A stretch of DNA of 36,825 nucleotides from Kiritimatiellia bacterium (GTDB lineage Bacteria > Verrucomicrobiota > Kiritimatiellia > CAIKKV01). Numbering within the stretch: position 1 is the stretch's first letter; each line of letters opens with the position of its first letter. Position numbers and translations under genes: made by a program. This document shows, in pieces, positions 32,692 through 36,825 of this stretch. A model generated the notes under the pieces. That model saw only the letters and a program-made list of their open reading frames with translations. It was not told the origin of the DNA and did no database searches. The stretch is taken from NCBI GenBank assembly GCA_964201555.1, contig CAXNFL010000003.1, positions 1 through 36,825 on the forward strand, in the 5' to 3' direction.

Positions 32692-33495
32692 CTACCGCCC
32701 GATGAGGGTGCGCTCGAAAAAGGCCGCGATCGCGGGGCGGGTCAGCTCGGCGTCCCAGCCGTGGCCGGCGCCGGGAAGAAGGCGCAAGTCGGCCTCCACG
32801 CCGGCGGCCTCCAGGAGGGCGTGGAACTCCACCATCTCCTCCTTGGGGACAACCGTATCGGCGTCGCCCTGAATCAGGAGCATGGGCGGGCAGGCGGAGG
32901 AGATATAAGTGGTCGGGCTCATGGCCCGGGCCAGCGCTTCCCGCTCCTCGACCGGGCCGCCCAGGTAGAGGCGCAGGTTTTCGGCCACGGGGGCGAAGCG
33001 GGAAAGGATAGCGGGCCGCTTGAACCAGGAAAAGTCGTGGGGCACGCCGCAGCAATCGCAGACCGCCTGAACCCGGCTGGACACGCCCGCGTAGGCGCCC
33101 TCGCCCTCCACCGCGGCCACGTCGCCGGAGACCCCCAGGAACGAGGCCAGCAGGCCGCCGGCCGAATGGCCCCAGGCGCCGATGGCGTCGCCCCTGTACC
33201 CATATTGAATGGCATGGCTGCGGAGCCAGCGGACCGCCGCCTTGCAATCGTCCGTCTGGGCGGGGGCTGTCGCCTCGCTGCTGACGCGGCACTCGATCGA
33301 CGCCATGGCAAAGCCGTGATCGGTCATCCACCAGGGCGCGTTATCGCGGCGGCAGCCGCGCATCCCGCCCATGGGAATATAGAGGATCAGGGGGGGCGGC
33401 TTGGGCGAGCGCGGCACGCGCAGGTCCAGGGAGAGCGTGCGCTGGGGCGTTTCGCGGTAGGGAATGCCGGTCCAGATGGAGGCCCCGTCCTCCAT
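32692..33495 (-). CDS. Alpha/beta hydrolase (BD-FAE/HSL-like esterase)
   Basis: DCKAAVRWLR, nucleophile GHSAGG, QGDADTVVP (Asp) and GAGHGW (His). The start is 2 bp after the dapL stop. Confidence 0.87.
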   Translation of the reverse strand: MEDGASIWTGIPYRETPQRTLSLDLRVPRSPKPPPLILYIPMGGMRGCRRDNAPWWMTDHGFAMASIECRVSSEATAPAQTDDCKAAVRWLRSHAIQYGYRGDAIGAWGHSAGGLLASFLGVSGDVAAVEGEGAYAGVSSRVQAVCDCCGVPHDFSWFKRPAILSRFAPVAENLRLYLGGPVEEREALARAMSPTTYISSACPPMLLIQGDADTVVPKEEMVEFHALLEAAGVEADLRLLPGAGHGWDAELTRPAIAAFFERTLIGR

Positions 33496-33497
33496 CC

Positions 33498-34736
33498 CTA
33501 GTTCCACTCCAGCACGACGCCGCCCAGGCGGGACTTGATCTCTTCCATGATCCGCAGCTCTTCCGGCTGGGTCTCGGCGATGAAGGTGACGGAGAAGCGC
33601 ACGTAGCGCCCCACATCATCCCACGGCACCGTGGAGATCAGCTTCTCCCGGATCAGCCACTGCGAGAAGTCCTCGGCCGTTTCAAAGCGCGCCTCGTTTT
33701 TCACGCCGGCCGGCGCCTCGACGTACAGGTAAAACGAGGCTTTCGGCTTGCGGACCTTGAAGCCCAGCTCCTTGAGGACCCCCACCAGCAGATCGTGCCG
33801 GCGGGAATACTTCTTGGCGGTCATCTCGGTCATCTCGGGATGCGCCAGCGCGAAGGCGCCGGCCAGCTGGACGGCCTTGAACTGGCCGGAGTCGTTGTTG
33901 TCCTTCACGGCGCCGAAGGCCTTGATGATCTTCTCGTTGCCGGCCAGGAAGCCGAGGCGCCAGCCCGTCATGTTGAAGGCCTTGGAGAGCGAGTGCACCT
34001 CCACGGCCACATCCTTGGCGCCGGGGATGGAGAGGATCGACAGCGGGGCGTGCCCGTCGAACGTCAGCGCGCCGTAGGCGCAGTCCTGGATGACGATGAT
34101 CTGGTTCGCCTTGGCAAACGCGATGACCTTGACGAAAAACTCGCGCGTCGCCACCGCCCCGGTGGGGTTGTTGGGGTAATTGATGTACAGCAGCTTGGCG
34201 CGGCGGCGGATGTCGGCCGGAACGGAGTCCAGGTCCGGCAGGAAATGGTTCTCCTCGCGCAGCGGCAGCGGGTGCACCTGGCCGCCGAGCCACTTGGTCA
34301 TCGTGCCGGTGACGGGATAGCCGGGAACGGTCATCAGGGTCACGTCGCCCGGGTTGATGAACGCCTGCGGCAGCATGGCCAGCGCCGGCTTGGAGCCGAT
34401 CGAATGGATGATCTCGGTTTCGGGCTCGAGCCCCTCAACCCCGTAGACCTCCTTCATGTAGGCGGCGGCCGCGACCTTGAAGGCCGAAATGCCGTTGTCG
34501 GCGTAGTCCCGGTTCTCCCACTTCTTGGCCTCGTCGTACAGCTTCCGCACGATGCGGCCGTCCGCCATCCAATCCGGCTCGCCCACGCCCATGTCGATCA
34601 GGTCGACGCCCGGATGAGCGGCCAGGGCCTCGCGCTTGGCGCGCTTGATCTTCTCGAACTTGTAAAGGACGGTGTCCCGCCCGAACCGGTTGCCGCCAAT
34701 GCGCTCCGCGAACATTTCCTGAATATACGAGTCCAT
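33498..34736 (-). CDS. dapL: LL-diaminopimelate aminotransferase
   Basis: YKFEKIKRAK, DMGVGEPD, GSKPAL, NYPNNPTG, DCAY, PLP-Lys SLSKAFNMTGWR and KDNNDSGQF; adjacent to dapF. Confidence 0.9.
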   Translation of the reverse strand: MDSYIQEMFAERIGGNRFGRDTVLYKFEKIKRAKREALAAHPGVDLIDMGVGEPDWMADGRIVRKLYDEAKKWENRDYADNGISAFKVAAAAYMKEVYGVEGLEPETEIIHSIGSKPALAMLPQAFINPGDVTLMTVPGYPVTGTMTKWLGGQVHPLPLREENHFLPDLDSVPADIRRRAKLLYINYPNNPTGAVATREFFVKVIAFAKANQIIVIQDCAYGALTFDGHAPLSILSIPGAKDVAVEVHSLSKAFNMTGWRLGFLAGNEKIIKAFGAVKDNNDSGQFKAVQLAGAFALAHPEMTEMTAKKYSRRHDLLVGVLKELGFKVRKPKASFYLYVEAPAGVKNEARFETAEDFSQWLIREKLISTVPWDDVGRYVRFSVTFIAETQPEELRIMEEIKSRLGGVVLEWN

Positions 34737-34742
34737 CGCGCC

Positions 34743-35561
<819 letters not shown>

Positions 35562-35583
35562 AGCCTTCCCTCTCCTTTCCCTC

Positions 35584-36825
35584 TTACAAGAGGAAGAACA
35601 TCTCGCCATAGGTCGGCAGCGGCCACAGGTCCGCCGGCACGTGCTCTTCGAGCGCGTCCCCGGCCTTCCGCAGCGCCGTCATCGCGGCCAGGATCCTGGC
35701 GGACTCGTGCCCGTCCAGGGCCTTCTCCATCTGCGCGATGGCCGCCACCAGCTCGTCCACGTGCTTCGCCACGGACTTGGCGATCTTGCGCAGCCCGGCG
35801 TGGGCGCTGAGCCCGCGGCCGGCCGCCAGGGTCGCCGCCAGGTCGCGCTCGCAGGCCAGGCCCGCGGGCAGGATCATGGTGTTGGCCATGGTCAGCGCGC
35901 AGTTGGCTTCCAGCGCCACGGTGTGCTCGTAGGCGTGCAGGTAGGCTTCGTAGCGCGCCTTCAGCTCGCGGGCGGTCAGGACGCCGTAGCGCTCGAACAG
36001 GGCGATGGCGGACGGCGCGACCAGCTCCTTGAGGGCCGCCGGGGTGGCCGTCAGGTTCTGCAGCCCGCGGCGGGCCGCCTCTTTCCGCCAGGCCTCGGTG
36101 TAGTTGTCGCCGTCGAACAGGATGCGCTTGTGGTCGCGCACGATGCCGCGGATCAGCTCCTGCAAGGCGGCGTTGAAATCGGCGCCGCCGGCCAGCTTCT
36201 TCTCGAGCGTCGTGCAGATCTCGTCGATGGCCCAGGCCACCATCGTGTTGAGCGCCACGTTGGAGCCCGCGCAGCTCATGTTGGAGCCGACCGCCCGGAA
36301 CTCGAACTTGTTGCCCGTGAAGGCCATGGGCGAAGTGCGGTTGCGGTCGGTGGCATCGCGCGGCAGGTCGGGCAATCCCGAAATGCCGATCTGGATCGAG
36401 CCGCCCTTGGTGCTGGTCTTGGCGTTGCCGCCCTTTTCGATCTGGGCGATCATGTCGGTCAGCTGCTCGCCCAGGAAGATCGAGATGATCGCGGGCGGCG
36501 CCTCGTTGGCGCCCAGCCGGTGATCGTTTCCGGCCGAGGCCACGGTCGCGCGCAGGATCGGGGCGTAGGTGTCCACGCCCTTCATGATCGCGGCGATCAT
36601 GGTCAGGAACTTGGCGTTGTCGTGCGGGTTGGCGCCCGGGCTGAGCCAGTTCTTGCCGTCGGGGCCGGAAATCGACCAGTTGTTGTGCTTGCCCGAGCCG
36701 TTGACGCCCGCGAAGGGCTTCTCGTGCAGCAGGCAGGCGAAGTTGTGGCGCTCGGCGACCTCGCGGAGGACCTGCATGACCACCATGTTGTGGTCAACAG
36801 CCAGATTCTGCTCCTCGAACACCGG
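35584..36825 (-). CDS. glnA: Glutamine synthetase type III, 5'-truncated by the window edge
   Basis: LHEKPFAGVNGSGKHNNWS, NDHRLGANEAPPAIIS, DRNRTSPMAFTGNKFEFRAVG and C-terminal WPLPTY.EM.F. Confidence 0.95.
   Translation of the reverse strand, partial: PVFEEQNLAVDHNMVVMQVLREVAERHNFACLLHEKPFAGVNGSGKHNNWSISGPDGKNWLSPGANPHDNAKFLTMIAAIMKGVDTYAPILRATVASAGNDHRLGANEAPPAIISIFLGEQLTDMIAQIEKGGNAKTSTKGGSIQIGISGLPDLPRDATDRNRTSPMAFTGNKFEFRAVGSNMSCAGSNVALNTMVAWAIDEICTTLEKKLAGGADFNAALQELIRGIVRDHKRILFDGDNYTEAWRKEAARRGLQNLTATPAALKELVAPSAIALFERYGVLTARELKARYEAYLHAYEHTVALEANCALTMANTMILPAGLACERDLAATLAAGRGLSAHAGLRKIAKSVAKHVDELVAAIAQMEKALDGHESARILAAMTALRKAGDALEEHVPADLWPLPTYGEMFFLL

Overview
GC-rich bacterial chromosomal window, densely coding, with about 29 intact or partial CDS and one disrupted gene. 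The gene content suggests a PVC-superphylum organism such as Kiritimatiellota or Lentisphaerota, but that is inference only. In order, the window holds: (1) a Gfo/Idh/MocA oxidoreductase and a LacI regulator; (2) a PTS-IIA/CBS fusion protein with an ArsB/NhaD/SLC13 permease; (3) a surface-glycan locus with a PHP-like protein, sulfotransferase, two large GT-C membrane glycosyltransferases, an SDR epimerase, a GT4 and a Wzx-like flippase, interrupted by three unrelated genes; (4) a polyphosphate cluster (ROK kinase, ppx-like, ppk1, ppk2); (5) an nfeD-flotillin-URO-D-like-SGNH operon; (6) a frameshifted outer-membrane-like gene and an orphan PAS histidine kinase; (7) a nitrogen cluster (GSIII, dapF, dapL, hydrolase, then a sigma54-type promoter, amt and glnK). 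No rRNA, tRNA, CRISPR array, transposase or integrase was recognised. The most notable non-obvious signals are a 191-nt long-stem element between ppk1 and ppk2 whose apex has hammerhead-like junction geometry with a degenerate core, a second cloverleaf element at the window start, a Ppx lacking canonical catalytic residues, a Cys/Ser DapF, a sigma54 promoter with twin palindromic enhancer sites, and a putative sulfated lipid-linked glycan transfer system. All calls come from reading motifs by eye; no searches or folding programs were run.
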